NCBI GenBank assembly: GCA_036568185.1
Contig: DATCTB010000490.1
Location: 1 to 30,157, forward strand
Direction: 5' to 3'
DNA: 30,157 nucleotides
Origin: Bacteroidales bacterium
GTDB lineage: Bacteria > Bacteroidota > Bacteroidia > Bacteroidales > F082
Shown here piece by piece: positions 8,629 through 17,378 of this stretch (position 1 is the first letter of the stretch; the number at the start of each line of letters is the position of its first letter). Below the pieces are notes generated by a model, which was given only the letters and a program-made list of their open reading frames with translations, was not told where the DNA came from and did not search any database. The translations under genes and the position numbers were made by a program.

Positions 8629-11600
8629 TAAAGTTTTAAGGTAAATCCTAACCAATATACCCTGGCAGCAGGGTAAAACCCTGAATCAAAGCCAGAACCG
8701 ATGGGTGCACCACTTGAGGCTGCCGGATCAAATCCCATATAATTAGTGAATGTGTAGAGGTTGTTAATTGCAAAGTAGAATCTAAGCTCTTTAACCTTTG
8801 ATTTCATTACATGTTCAGGAATGGTATATCCCAAAGAAACCCTTTGAAGCCTCAGATAGGAACCATCTTCAACGTAATAATCTGAAAACACATTATTCGC
8901 TGTTGCAGCTGTAGTAAGCCTGGGCACCGTATTGCTTGTTCCTGGACCGGTCCATCTGTCAAGCGTGTACGACATACGGTTTACGTTTGGCTGCACTCTT
9001 TCATAATTTCTGACAATATCATTACCGATACTGGTAATTGTATAGAGTAAAAAATCAAACCCTTTATAGTTTAAGGTAACATTCAAACCCATATAAAATT
9101 CTGGAATTGGGTCTCCAATATACGTTCTGTCATCTGAATTGAGAACACCATCACCGTTTACATCAACAAACCTGATGTCGCCCGGGCTGGCAGGTGCACC
9201 CAATGCAGATTGCGATGGGTGGGCATCCACTTCTTCCTGAGTTTGGAAAATTCCGTCAGTTTTGTATCCATAAAAATAACCTATCGGGAATCCAACCTCC
9301 ATGCGGGCTGGCAATGGCTGGCCAACTCCAAAACTACCACCTTCAATGTAACCGGTACCATTATCTACCGCGAGCACTTCATTGTCGATGAAAGTAAAAT
9401 TGTAATTAATGCCATAAGTTAACTTATCCGGATCGCCTCCGCGAAAACCAATTGCAAACTCAAAGCCTTGATTTCTGACCGTCCCCGCATTAATAGTTGG
9501 GCCACTTGCTCCGGGCGCCGAGGTACCGAGAATACCCGAAACAGGCACACTGCTTATTAATAGGTCATTGGTTGTTTTCATAAAATAATCTGACGTGATG
9601 TCCAGCCTGTTTCCAAAGAATGAAAGATCAAAACCAACATCAAATTGCTCAGACTGTTCCCACCTGATTCCAGGATTGGGTAATTTGCCAATAGCGGTTC
9701 CGCTGGTGAGTGTTCCATTCAGAACATACATGGCCTCACCATTAAGCAAAGAAATATATCCATAATCAGGAATTTTATCAGAACCCAGGTAACCGTAGCT
9801 CATCCTAATCTTGATCAAATCTACTTTTTCGGCATTTGCCATGAAATTTTCCTTTGAAATAATCCATCCTGCTGTAGCTGAAGGGAAATATGCTGCTGCA
9901 TTGTCGGGGCCAAATTTTGTAGAGGCATCCCTTCTAAACATAGCTGACACCAAATATTTTCCCTGGTAATCATATTGTGCTCTGATAAAATAAGACAACC
10001 TGCGCTGTTCATAAACCCATGAACCGGCTGTCTTTGACTCGCTCAGACCATTGGCCAGGCTGATATCTGCGTATTCCCATGAATTATTAGGAATGTCGTA
10101 GCCTGTTCCGTTTAAGTTATTGCCCCAAGTTTGGTAAATTGTAGTTCCAAGGGTTCCTGTTAAATGATGAGCTTTATTCCAGGTGTTGTCATAGCCAACA
10201 AAAAAGTCAGCTGTATAATCATTATAATTATCCTTGCTTTGATAAACACTGCTCCTGGTTACATCAAAAACTTTCCCGCCATAATCAACTATCATAGAAA
10301 AAGATTTGTAGTTGGTATTGGCAGTATTGAAACCAGCACGGGCTGTTGCGCTCCAGTGTTTTGCGAAACTGGCAGTTAAACCAAGGTTACCGTTCCACTT
10401 GCTCAAATTATAATCATTATAGGTATTCGCAAGTTGTTGAAGCGGATTGATAATTTCAATACCCAGGTTTTGGGGTGCAAGAAAATAATCTCCGTTTTGG
10501 TCATATATTGGAACCGTGGACGGTATATTTACCGCGTTAAACAACACTGAACCCAGACCAAAATCATTGAATGTAGTACGATCCAAATAGGTGTACATTA
10601 TAGAAGAGTTAAATTTGAGCCATTTGGTAAAGTCAGCTCCCATACTTAAGTTTACATTGGTCCTGCCATATTCGGAATTGTCACCTCCAATAATCCCCTG
10701 TTGTCTAACATCAGAAATGCCAAACGAATAACTCATTTTTTCAGATCCGCCGGAAATACTAAAATTATTATCAAAAATAGGAGCTGTTGAAAATAACTCA
10801 TCCTGCCAGTCGGTTCCTTCTCCCAGGTTTGAAACATCGGGATAAGGAAGTTCCTGTCCATTTGCGGCATAGCTTTCATTTAATAAAATGGCATATTCGG
10901 TTGAATTAAGCACCGGCAAGGTTCTGGTAGTTTGCTGCAAACCAAAGTTGCTGTTGAAACTAACAGTGGTGGGTGTATTTCTTTTACCTGTTTTTGTTGT
11001 AATAAGAATGATACCATTTGCACCTACAGTTCCATAAATAGCTGCCTGAGCATCCTTCAAAACAGTAATGGTTTCAATATCATTGGGATTCAAAGTATTC
11101 AAATCGCCCTGATATCCGTCAATAATAACAACTGGGGAAGCATCTCCATTGGTTGAAATACCCCTGATGCGAATGTCCAACCCGGCACCAGGTGAACCTG
11201 ATTGCTCGGTAACCTGCACACCCGTCATGGTTCCTTGTAGTGCTTGCTCTACTTTGACAGGTTTTAGGTTGTTAATTGTTTTCGTGTCAACGGTAGAAAC
11301 GGCTCCTGTTAAATCTATTTTTTTAACAGTTCCATAACCAATAACAACAACTTCGTCTAATTGAGAAACATCAGATTTCATTTGAATGTTGATGACACTT
11401 TGGTCTCCAACAACCACCTCAATCGTTTGCATACCAATAAAAGAAAAAACGACTACTGAAGTTGGTGAAACATTTTGCAACTGGTATTTTCCATCAATAT
11501 CAGTCACAGTACCTGTTGTAGTACCTTTTACCAAAACTGTAACACCGGGAATAGATAACTTATCATCAGCAGACGTAACAACTCCTGATATCGTTTTATC

Positions 11601-11666
11601 CTGGGCAATCATGGCGATAGGTATGAAAAACAGTAAAAAAATAAAAAACGAATAAACTTTTTTCAT
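8628..11666 (-). CDS. susC: SusC/RagA family TonB-dependent transporter
   Basis: Signal peptide MKKVYSFFIFLLFFIPIAMIA (ATG 11666 preferred over TTG 11717); IPGVTVLVKGTTTGTVTDIDG, LDEVVVIGYG, DIETITVLKDAQAAIYG, GANGIILITTK, C-terminal YPAARVYWLGFTLKL. Confidence 0.97.
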   Translation of the reverse strand: MKKVYSFFIFLLFFIPIAMIAQDKTISGVVTSADDKLSIPGVTVLVKGTTTGTVTDIDGKYQLQNVSPTSVVVFSFIGMQTIEVVVGDQSVINIQMKSDVSQLDEVVVIGYGTVKKIDLTGAVSTVDTKTINNLKPVKVEQALQGTMTGVQVTEQSGSPGAGLDIRIRGISTNGDASPVVIIDGYQGDLNTLNPNDIETITVLKDAQAAIYGTVGANGIILITTKTGKRNTPTTVSFNSNFGLQQTTRTLPVLNSTEYAILLNESYAANGQELPYPDVSNLGEGTDWQDELFSTAPIFDNNFSISGGSEKMSYSFGISDVRQQGIIGGDNSEYGRTNVNLSMGADFTKWLKFNSSIMYTYLDRTTFNDFGLGSVLFNAVNIPSTVPIYDQNGDYFLAPQNLGIEIINPLQQLANTYNDYNLSKWNGNLGLTASFAKHWSATARAGFNTANTNYKSFSMIVDYGGKVFDVTRSSVYQSKDNYNDYTADFFVGYDNTWNKAHHLTGTLGTTIYQTWGNNLNGTGYDIPNNSWEYADISLANGLSESKTAGSWVYEQRRLSYFIRAQYDYQGKYLVSAMFRRDASTKFGPDNAAAYFPSATAGWIISKENFMANAEKVDLIKIRMSYGYLGSDKIPDYGYISLLNGEAMYVLNGTLTSGTAIGKLPNPGIRWEQSEQFDVGFDLSFFGNRLDITSDYFMKTTNDLLISSVPVSGILGTSAPGASGPTINAGTVRNQGFEFAIGFRGGDPDKLTYGINYNFTFIDNEVLAVDNGTGYIEGGSFGVGQPLPARMEVGFPIGYFYGYKTDGIFQTQEEVDAHPSQSALGAPASPGDIRFVDVNGDGVLNSDDRTYIGDPIPEFYMGLNVTLNYKGFDFLLYTITSIGNDIVRNYERVQPNVNRMSYTLDRWTGPGTSNTVPRLTTAATANNVFSDYYVEDGSYLRLQRVSLGYTIPEHVMKSKVKELRFYFAINNLYTFTNYMGFDPAASSGAPIGSGFDSGFYPAARVYWLGFTLKL

Positions 11667-11740
11667 AATGGGTATTTTGTGTGTAAACAATTTTTTTAGA
11701 AACCTTTTGGATTGCAACTTGCGTGCCGTTTAAATTTTAC

Positions 11741-11773
11741 CAAAAATAAGAACTGATAAAGGTGAAAGTCAAT
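11741..11773 (-). promoter_or_regulatory. Candidate Bacteroidota sigma-A promoter for susC
   Basis: Minus-strand TATTTTTG (11748-11741) matches the -7 TAnnTTTG consensus, with (A)TTG 21 nt upstream (11773-11770). A second TAnnTTTG lies at 11794-11787, so the assignment is not unique. Confidence 0.5.
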
Positions 11774-11780
11774 ATTTTAT

Positions 11781-11831
11781 GCACATCAAAAATACTTCAA
11801 TAGTCATGCATTACTACATCATTACTACGTC
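11781..11831 (-). promoter_or_regulatory. Phased 11-bp direct-repeat array, candidate operator of the upstream regulator
   Basis: Minus strand reads GACGTAG-taat-GATGTAG-taat-GCATGAC-tatt-GAAGTAT-tttt-GATGTGC. The core is a tandem CATTACTACRT at 11809-11830. Confidence 0.6.
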
Positions 11832-11923
11832 AAATAAAATCTATATAACTGAATACCAGGTTTATAAATTTTAATTTTTTACCTGCTCACTTGCAGTAAA
11901 TAATAAACTCGGAATGAAGAAGC

Positions 11924-14806
11924 TTAAAAGGAAATAATAAAGTCGGTTAAGTTGATGTCAGATGTTAAATTTAGTTTTTTTCTTAGTCTGTACCTGCTTA
12001 TTTCAACACCACGAATGGAAATGTTCATCAGCGTGGCAATTTCTTTACTCGATATGTTCATGCGCAAATAGGCACATAATTTTAATTCCCGGGGAGATAA
12101 GGAAGGATATTCTGATTTAATGCTGTTTAAGAATTCTTCATGAACTTTTACAAATTGGGTTTCAAAAACTTTCCATTGGTTCTCATTTTCAATTTCTTTG
12201 TTAATTTTCCTCACTAAATGATGAGATTGATGTTTATGTCCTTCATCGTTTGATGATGCAGAAAGTTTTTTCAATTCATCACGCAAAGTCATCAGCATCT
12301 CATTTTTATGAAGTGTTTGCATAGTAGCGTTGGCCAGTTCTTTGTCTTTTTGTAACATCTCGGCGCGCAGTTTATCATTCCTCAGTTTAATAACTTCCTT
12401 TTCTGCAAGCAAAGCTTCGTTCAGCAATCGCCTTTCGCGTTCTTTATATAAGCGTTCTTGCTTTTCTTTTTCGCGGTTTTTCAAAACACCAATTCTATAT
12501 TTAATTATTCTGAAAAATAATGCAAGAATTATTATAAAAACCAATGCATAAAACAAAAAAGCAACCCAGCTAAGATACCAAGGTGGCAAAATGGAAAATT
12601 CTAACTGGCAAACTTCAGACTCAACATCATAAATATTTCGGGCTTTTACTTTGAATAAATAATTTCCATGCCGGAGGTTAGTGAATTCTCTGTATTCACG
12701 TTTTTCCCAGCGTGTCCAATCTTCGTCATAACCTTCAAGAAAAGTTGAAAACAATAACTCATCAGCATTCTCAAAATCGTTGGCGGAATATGAAAATTGT
12801 AATCCATTGTAATCATAAGGAATCTTATCAGGAATGCTGGCTTTCTCCACTTTCTCTCCAAAATAAATAATTGAGTCGGCACCAGACAGTGTGACTTCTC
12901 TGATATAAGTGTTAAACTCGAATTGATAATTTTTTGGATACTTTGGTAGATAATGTGCAAACCCATTCTGGGTACCAAATAGTACGTTTTCGCTATTGAT
13001 GGAATATACAAACTGGAAACCTTTTATAAACATATCATCAAGCTGCCTGAAGGGTATGACTAAATCAAAATAACTGCCGTCTTCTTGTTTTTTTAATACA
13101 CCTGCTTTGCTGTTGGCAAAATACCAGATATTTTCCTCACCATCTTCATAAATTGCGGTTGGTTTACGGTTTTTGAATAAAGTATTTATTTCATCAGAAT
13201 ACTCTATTCTGTTTGTTTTACTATTAAACACATATATACCTTCGCTGGTTGTGAAAATCGGCTTTCCCCTGAATTCAAATACGTTGATGCCAAAATTGTT
13301 CGGAAAACCTTGTTCTGAATTATAAAATTTGACCATTATCGCGCTGTCAAGTTTTTCATCCAAACTAACTTTAAAAACGCCTTTGTAACCGTGACTAATC
13401 CATATCTCTTTGTCTAAGCCATTCTCAATGAACCGCGAAGATTCATCAAATCCTTTTATTTTATTCTGAAAAACCCAATTATCATTAATTCTTTTATAAG
13501 CCAATAAGCCGGAATAGGTTCCTTCAATTAATATGTCATCATAACCATTAAGTTTTAAAAAACTCCACCCGCCCGGCTCACTTGATATTCTCTTCGCTTG
13601 AAAGCCTCTAATCGAAAATGTGCCTGAATTATGACCGCACAACAGTTCACCATCCACAACCTGGAGTTTCCATACTTGCCCCTGTGTTTGTGGAATAAGT
13701 TGAAATTTATTATCAGAACCGTTTTGCAAATCAATCCAGGGCTTAGCAAAAACACCCTGGTTTGTACCAAGATAGAGTATTCCTTCGTACAGGACTGCCG
13801 CATAACCGGCGCTAATGCCTTCAGAATAGGAAAAGAATGAAAGCGGAGAATTAATTTCTATATAATCAATTCCATTATCGAGTCCAAGCCATAGATTTCC
13901 GTATTGATCAATGTTTAAACACAATACTGTATTGTTTTGCAAACCATTCTGACGATTGATTTGTTGAAGTATTACACCTGCAGTATCACATATTAACAAC
14001 CCATTTTGTACTGTGCCAAAAGCATATTTTGTGGCGTTTATTTCAATGCAGCAAAAAGCCTGGTTATCAATTAAAAACTGGTTGGCTGAGTTCTTCCATG
14101 CCGTTAATGCTATTCCATTATATTCAAAAACTCCTTTTTCGGCAGTAATAATTATAAGGTTTTCCTTTTTTTGGAGAATATTAATAATGAGTTCTCCTTT
14201 TAGGCTTTCCGTTCCCGGAACTTTTACAAGATGATTTCTGTACAACTTAAACAGGCCGTCGCGCAAATCATTAACAAAAATTTCACCATTTACCGAAAAC
14301 GAAAAATGAAATTTAGATGGGGCAGGAATGACATTAATAGTATCACCAGCATATATCATGAGTTGTTCATAAGACTGGAAAACAACCCCTTGCGACAAAA
14401 TAAAAATTCTCCATACTTCATCAAAATCTCTGTAATCCACTGGAACCTTATCCTGCAATTGAACGTAATTAAGCTTACCATTAATGTCGTGTAAAAAGTA
14501 GCCAAACTCATTAAATGCTCCTACATATATCTTGCCTTCATCGCTCACTTTTACACTCCGCACACCTGAACCTGAATTGACCGGATAAGTTATCCAATTT
14601 TTTCCGTCAAATTCGAGCAAACCATCATTGTTGGCAAAATAAACTATACCCTTGTTACTGACATCTATCATCCACGATTGCATGCCGGCTTCATATTCCA
14701 AATTTGAGTAGTTTTTTATCTGGGGTTTACCAATGCCGTTTAAGTCTGCAAATCCTAAATTGCAATTTACTATTAGAAAGAAAATTAAAACATTTCTTAA
14801 CGACAT
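11924..14806 (-). CDS. Membrane-spanning one-component regulator: periplasmic beta-propeller + Y_Y_Y domain + TM helix + LuxR/GerE-type HTH
   Basis: Signal peptide; propeller repeats (VYFANNDGLLEFDG, LWLGLDNGIDY); YTFLEGYDEDW/FTNLRHGNYLFKVKA-type Y_Y_Y region; TM PPWYLSWVAFLFYALVFIIILALFF; coiled coil; LSPRELKLCAYLRMNISSKEIA..MNISIRGVEISRYRLRKKL. No HisKA, HATPase or receiver motifs seen. Confidence 0.9.
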   Translation of the reverse strand: MSLRNVLIFFLIVNCNLGFADLNGIGKPQIKNYSNLEYEAGMQSWMIDVSNKGIVYFANNDGLLEFDGKNWITYPVNSGSGVRSVKVSDEGKIYVGAFNEFGYFLHDINGKLNYVQLQDKVPVDYRDFDEVWRIFILSQGVVFQSYEQLMIYAGDTINVIPAPSKFHFSFSVNGEIFVNDLRDGLFKLYRNHLVKVPGTESLKGELIINILQKKENLIIITAEKGVFEYNGIALTAWKNSANQFLIDNQAFCCIEINATKYAFGTVQNGLLICDTAGVILQQINRQNGLQNNTVLCLNIDQYGNLWLGLDNGIDYIEINSPLSFFSYSEGISAGYAAVLYEGILYLGTNQGVFAKPWIDLQNGSDNKFQLIPQTQGQVWKLQVVDGELLCGHNSGTFSIRGFQAKRISSEPGGWSFLKLNGYDDILIEGTYSGLLAYKRINDNWVFQNKIKGFDESSRFIENGLDKEIWISHGYKGVFKVSLDEKLDSAIMVKFYNSEQGFPNNFGINVFEFRGKPIFTTSEGIYVFNSKTNRIEYSDEINTLFKNRKPTAIYEDGEENIWYFANSKAGVLKKQEDGSYFDLVIPFRQLDDMFIKGFQFVYSINSENVLFGTQNGFAHYLPKYPKNYQFEFNTYIREVTLSGADSIIYFGEKVEKASIPDKIPYDYNGLQFSYSANDFENADELLFSTFLEGYDEDWTRWEKREYREFTNLRHGNYLFKVKARNIYDVESEVCQLEFSILPPWYLSWVAFLFYALVFIIILALFFRIIKYRIGVLKNREKEKQERLYKERERRLLNEALLAEKEVIKLRNDKLRAEMLQKDKELANATMQTLHKNEMLMTLRDELKKLSASSNDEGHKHQSHHLVRKINKEIENENQWKVFETQFVKVHEEFLNSIKSEYPSLSPRELKLCAYLRMNISSKEIATLMNISIRGVEISRYRLRKKLNLTSDINLTDFIISF

Positions 14807-14860
14807 TTATCAGAGTTTTAAATACTGATTTTAAGAACTATTAAAACTAAATGATCTCCA

Positions 14861-14868
14861 CAAAGTTA
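14861..14868 (-). promoter_or_regulatory. Candidate -7 promoter element for the regulator gene
   Basis: Minus-strand TAACTTTG matches TAnnTTTG, 55 nt upstream of the ATG at 14806. Confidence 0.45.
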
Positions 14869-15019
14869 GAAATTAGAATCATTTATTTAAATTAGAAAAT
14901 TATTTGGCCTAAACTTTTTTACTAAGGAAAAAGCATTAATTCATCCCTTGGCCTGCCAGCAATCAGAAAAGAACTGCAAAACTGGGCACCAATCTTTAAC
15001 AAATAAATATAAACTCATT

Positions 15020-15054
15020 CTTTCTCCTTTTGTCTTTTTACTTTTGTCTTTCAA
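15020..15054. repeat. Degenerate 7-bp tandem array (5 units)
   Basis: ctttctc-cttttgt-cttttta-cttttgt-ctttcaa, intergenic. Confidence 0.6.
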
Positions 15055-15118
15055 AGTTTTCCAATTGAGTAAATTGGTTTCAGCATGGAAATAACAAGCA
15101 ATTGCAAACTAACTAAAA

Positions 15119-15148
15119 CAAAAAAAACCCCGCAAAACTGCGGGGTTT
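15119..15148 (-). terminator. Rho-independent terminator of tRNA-Phe
   Basis: Stem aaaccccgca (15125-15134) / tgcggggttt (15139-15148), 4-nt loop, U-tract on the minus strand (forward A-run to ~15120). Confidence 0.9.
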
Positions 15149-15163
15149 CATTTTAAAATCAAG

Positions 15164-15236
15164 TGGTACCAGCCGGGATCGAACCAGCGACACATGGATT
15201 TTCAGTCCATTGCTCTACCTACTGAGCTATGGTACC
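15164..15236 (-). tRNA. tRNA-Phe (GAA)
   Basis: GGTACCATAGCTCAGTAGGTAGAGCAATGGACTGAAAATCCATGTGTCGCTGGTTCGATCCCGGCTGGTACCA folds as a 73-nt cloverleaf with anticodon loop CTGAAAA. CCA is not encoded. Confidence 0.98.
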
Positions 15237-15252
15237 TCGATTTTTCGGATTG

Positions 15253-15260
15253 CAAAAATA
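15253..15260 (-). promoter_or_regulatory. Candidate -7 element of the tRNA-Phe promoter
   Basis: Minus-strand TATTTTTG, 16 nt upstream of the tRNA 5' end. Confidence 0.6.
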
Positions 15261-15321
15261 AACTTTTTTTTATACTCTCATAAAAATTCTTAAAAACTTC
15301 GGAGCTTCTCTCTTAGAAGCC

Positions 15322-15329
15322 TATTTTTG
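15322..15329 (+). promoter_or_regulatory. Candidate -7 element of the coaX operon promoter
   Basis: TATTTTTG 24 nt upstream of the coaX ATG, divergent from the tRNA promoter. Confidence 0.55.
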
Positions 15330-15353
15330 CTGACAACAAAGTAATGGTACCAT

Positions 15354-16094
15354 ATGCAATTGATTCTCGACATCGGAAACTCGTACGCTAAACTTGCTGT
15401 TTTCGATGGCCCCGAAATCATCGAAATGAAAGTTTCCGAAGATATTGTAAAAAGCAAGGTTGAAGATGTCTTAAATACTTATCCGAAAATAAATGCAGCA
15501 ATTTTATCAGATGTTCGCGGAAAACCCCAATTAATTTCTGAATTTCTTAGTCAACGTGTTTACTTTATTGAGTTGAGCCACACAACCCCCGTCCCATTCA
15601 GTAACCTGTATCAATCTCCTGCAACTCTTGGCAAAGATAGAATTGCCTGTGTTGCCGCAGCCCTGAAGATGTTTCCCCTGCAAAATGTACTGGTGATTGA
15701 TGCAGGAACTTGCATAACTTATGATTTGGTAAACAACAAAAGTGAGTACTTAGGCGGTGCAATCAGCCCTGGAATAAATATGCGCTTCAAAGCTTTGCAC
15801 GATTTTACCGGAAAACTCCCGCTCATCAAAGCCACTAACGACAGCATACCTGAGTTGATTGGAAACAACACAAACAATTCAATTTATGCAGGTGTTCAAA
15901 AGGCCGTTTTGCTGGAGGTGGATGCCATGATAAATGAGTATCAGTCAAGGTTTCAGGGACTAAAAACTATCCTCAGTGGCGGCGACTATTTTTATTTTGA
16001 TAAGAATTTAAAAAGTAACATATTTGCAACCCCAAATATTGTCATAAAGGGATTGAAGGAAATCCTTGATTTTAATGAAGATAGCAAAGTTTAA
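15354..16094 (+). CDS. coaX: Type III pantothenate kinase
   Basis: LDIGNSYAK, LGKDRIA, VIDAGTCITYD, GGAISPGINMRFKALH. Confidence 0.95.
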   Translation: MQLILDIGNSYAKLAVFDGPEIIEMKVSEDIVKSKVEDVLNTYPKINAAILSDVRGKPQLISEFLSQRVYFIELSHTTPVPFSNLYQSPATLGKDRIACVAAALKMFPLQNVLVIDAGTCITYDLVNNKSEYLGGAISPGINMRFKALHDFTGKLPLIKATNDSIPELIGNNTNNSIYAGVQKAVLLEVDAMINEYQSRFQGLKTILSGGDYFYFDKNLKSNIFATPNIVIKGLKEILDFNEDSKV

Positions 16095-17355
16095 TATTTT
16101 ATTTATCCTGTTTTTTTGCAGCTTTGCAATAACTGCACAAAATTCAATCAATTCGCCATATAGCAGATTTGGTTTGGGAGTTCTACACGGAAGAAACGTG
16201 AACACCGTATCGATGGGCATGGGCGGAGTAGCTTATGCTATCAACGATCCAACCATGGTAAACCCTGCAAATCCTGCTTCATATGCAGCCTTTGATTCAA
16301 CCTCATTTATTTTCGAAGCCAGCCTGATAGGCAATTTCGATAATATAAAAACCAATGTAGCCTCGGAAAAGTCTTCGTATATGACATTAAATTATGTGTT
16401 GTTGGGTTTTCCTGTTTCCAAGTGGTGGAAAACAAGCCTGGGTGTAATGCCTTATAGCAAAATTGGTTTTAATGTTAAAATAACTGCTGAAGTAGATAAT
16501 TTTTCAAACGTAGTGAACGAATTAAATGGTGAAGGGGGCTTAAACCAGTTTTATTGGGGAAATGGTTTCAAAATTGGTAAAAACCTAAAGATTGGCTTTG
16601 ATGCGACGTATGTTTTTGGCCAGGGAAGCCGCAGCAGCCTGGTTTATTATCCCGACTCGCTCTACATTCGATCAACAAAAGTTGAAAACAGCACCACCGG
16701 AAAGGATTTTATATTTGATTATGGCCTTCAGTACGATTTTCACCTGAACAATGACCGGCTGTTAAGAATTGGCCTTGTATATGCCAATACTTTTTACATG
16801 AAAGCCACACAAAGTTCAGTTGGGTACACCATGTTTGGCGGATACAGCGATTTTTCAGAAGATATTCAGGACACAATATTTTACATCCCTGAAGATGAAG
16901 GTTTAATCCTTATTCCACAACAAGCCGGAGTGGGGATTACTTTGCTTAAAAGCAACCGCTGGCTTGTTAGTGCTGACTTTGCCTGGCAGCAATGGAATAG
17001 TTTTGAAGCATTTGGCCAGAACGATTCGTTGACAGATGCCTGGAGAATAGCTGTTGGCGGGCAATACACACCTAAATTTACCAGTATTTCAAATTATTTC
17101 ACAAAAGTTACCTATCGCGCTGGTTTTAGGTATGAGAATACTTATCTTTACCTCTTTGGAAAGCAAATTTCAGGTTATGGCATAAGTTTTGGACTTAGCT
17201 TACCGTTGAAAAATTCAAAATCAGGTATTGATATTGGATTTGAATTTGGAAAATTAGGAACAACAGAAAATAATTTATTGCAAACAAATTTTGTTAATTT
17301 TTCGCTTGGCATTTCTATCTTTGAAAGCTGGTTTAACAAAAGAAAATATAATTAG
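16075..17355 (+). CDS. Outer-membrane beta-barrel, FadL/OmpP1-like
   Basis: Signal peptide ending AITAQ; NSPYSRFGLG, SMGMGGVAYA, NPANPASYA, GEGGLNQFYWG; alternating beta-strand pattern. ATG 16075 is preferred over TTG 16066. Confidence 0.75.
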   Translation: MKIAKFNILFILFFCSFAITAQNSINSPYSRFGLGVLHGRNVNTVSMGMGGVAYAINDPTMVNPANPASYAAFDSTSFIFEASLIGNFDNIKTNVASEKSSYMTLNYVLLGFPVSKWWKTSLGVMPYSKIGFNVKITAEVDNFSNVVNELNGEGGLNQFYWGNGFKIGKNLKIGFDATYVFGQGSRSSLVYYPDSLYIRSTKVENSTTGKDFIFDYGLQYDFHLNNDRLLRIGLVYANTFYMKATQSSVGYTMFGGYSDFSEDIQDTIFYIPEDEGLILIPQQAGVGITLLKSNRWLVSADFAWQQWNSFEAFGQNDSLTDAWRIAVGGQYTPKFTSISNYFTKVTYRAGFRYENTYLYLFGKQISGYGISFGLSLPLKNSKSGIDIGFEFGKLGTTENNLLQTNFVNFSLGISIFESWFNKRKYN

Positions 17356-17378
17356 ATAATTGATTAAAATTTAATAAA

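Larger units (their letters stand above)
1..14806 (-). other. Polysaccharide utilisation locus, predicted beta-1,3-glucan/laminarin specific (continues past the left edge)
   Basis: Co-oriented regulator, susC, susD, two PKD lipoproteins, two GH16 and a GH149-like gene. Substrate is inferred from the GH16 laminarinase-type motifs plus GH149. Confidence 0.88.

Noticed and set aside
11667-11717. N-terminal extensions in the ORF track (susC TTG 11717; similarly susD 8655, barrel 16066, mrdA 26231)
   Set aside because: Downstream ATGs give canonical signal peptides or N-termini, and the extensions overlap promoter elements or the upstream gene.
11879-11899. Imperfect hairpin just after the regulator stop
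   Set aside because: Short bulged stem, followed by As rather than Us on the coding strand; not a convincing terminator.
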